From an uncultured archaeon (lineage in GTDB: Archaea; Micrarchaeota; Micrarchaeia; Micrarchaeales; CABMGC01), in NCBI GenBank assembly GCA_963704435.1, contig OY969902.1, forward strand, positions 750,001 to 782,000: a DNA stretch of 32,000 nt. The letters run 5' to 3'. The position numbers were made by a program, and so were the translations under genes. Positions 31,746 through 32,000 of this stretch are shown here, one piece after another. Position 1 is the first letter of the stretch; each line of letters opens with the position of its first letter. Under the pieces are notes generated by a model. It saw only the letters and a list, made by a program, of their open reading frames with translations, was not told the DNA's origin and did not search any database.

Positions 31746-32000
31746 ACAGCTTGTAGAACGCATATATGAAGAACACCGACAGCGCGAGCAGAGCCACATA
31801 CACCTCAGGGGTAACGTTTCCGAGCAGCACCTGCAGCGGGTAGTAACCCGCTATGCCTATCGGAACGAAGAGCGTGAAGAACAGCTGGGCTATCCCGCCG
31901 TATATCGTGAGGGGGTAGGCAGTCAGCGTATCCATCGTGCCCGTGGCCTGGTTGATGAAGCTGCCGCTCTTCATCAATTTGTAGGACAGCACTGCCAGGG
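31705..32000 (-). CDS. ABC-2-type transporter permease, C-terminal part; ORF is open to the right window edge
   Basis: The hydrophobic C-terminus contains GGIAQLFFTLFVPIGIAGYYPLQVLLG and resembles ABC-2 family permeases (COG3694/4587-like). The gene is truncated by the window. Confidence 0.45.
   Translation of the reverse strand, partial: LAVLSYKLMKSGSFINQATGTMDTLTAYPLTIYGGIAQLFFTLFVPIGIAGYYPLQVLLGNVTPEVYVALLALSVFFIYAFYKLFNRMMRSYESGGG

Noticed and set aside
1-32000. CRISPR arrays, long tandem repeats or a diversity-generating template/variable repeat pair
   Set aside because: I saw no regularly spaced direct repeats, no reverse transcriptase and no cas-like genes on either strand. The only long repeats are the two IS copies.

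Overview
This window is archaeal chromosome. The evidence is Alba, Sec61-beta, EndoQ, a DGGGP-synthase-like UbiA enzyme, an intron-containing tRNA, and A/T boxes 22-28 nt upstream of many start codons. The backbone is GC-rich (about 60% in a hand-counted 100-nt sample) and carries several low-GC patches (about 39-45% in hand samples). I support 38 protein genes, 2 tRNA genes and 3 insertion-sequence copies. Housekeeping content includes MTA phosphorylase, Nnr, ArgRS, Alba, an adenosine-kinase-like/nth/endoQ operon, HIT, UbiA, AMMECR1, TrxB and an MBL-fold hydrolase. It also includes a complete 2-oxoacid dehydrogenase operon (E1a-E1b-E2-E3) lying convergent to a split lipoate-protein ligase (lplB/lplA). 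Mobile DNA consists of two apparently identical 1,059-bp DDE-transposase IS copies in inverted orientation (2962-4020 and 18547-19605), each with its own target duplication, and a tnpA-only IS200/IS605-type element beside tRNA-Arg. The most interesting candidates are listed here. (1) An uncharacterised 4-TM protein with a MIT_C/PLD-fold-like domain is translationally coupled (ATGA overlap) to lplB-lplA. (2) A tandem pair of PH-like plus zinc-ribbon paralogues. (3) A tRNA-Arg(CCU) carries a 38-nt intron in the T-loop. (4) An IS insertion cut a gene from its TATA box and supplies a replacement box. (5) Low-GC cargo genes include an auto-inhibited Fic enzyme, a SET-domain methyltransferase and an orphan ORF. 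(6) An exported Lon-type protease, a CxxC-less DsbA-like glycoprotein and a tail-anchored DAC-like protein. No CRISPR array was seen. All family assignments rest on motifs read by eye and no database search was run. A DPANN (Micrarchaeota-like) or Thermoplasmata-like origin is only an inference.
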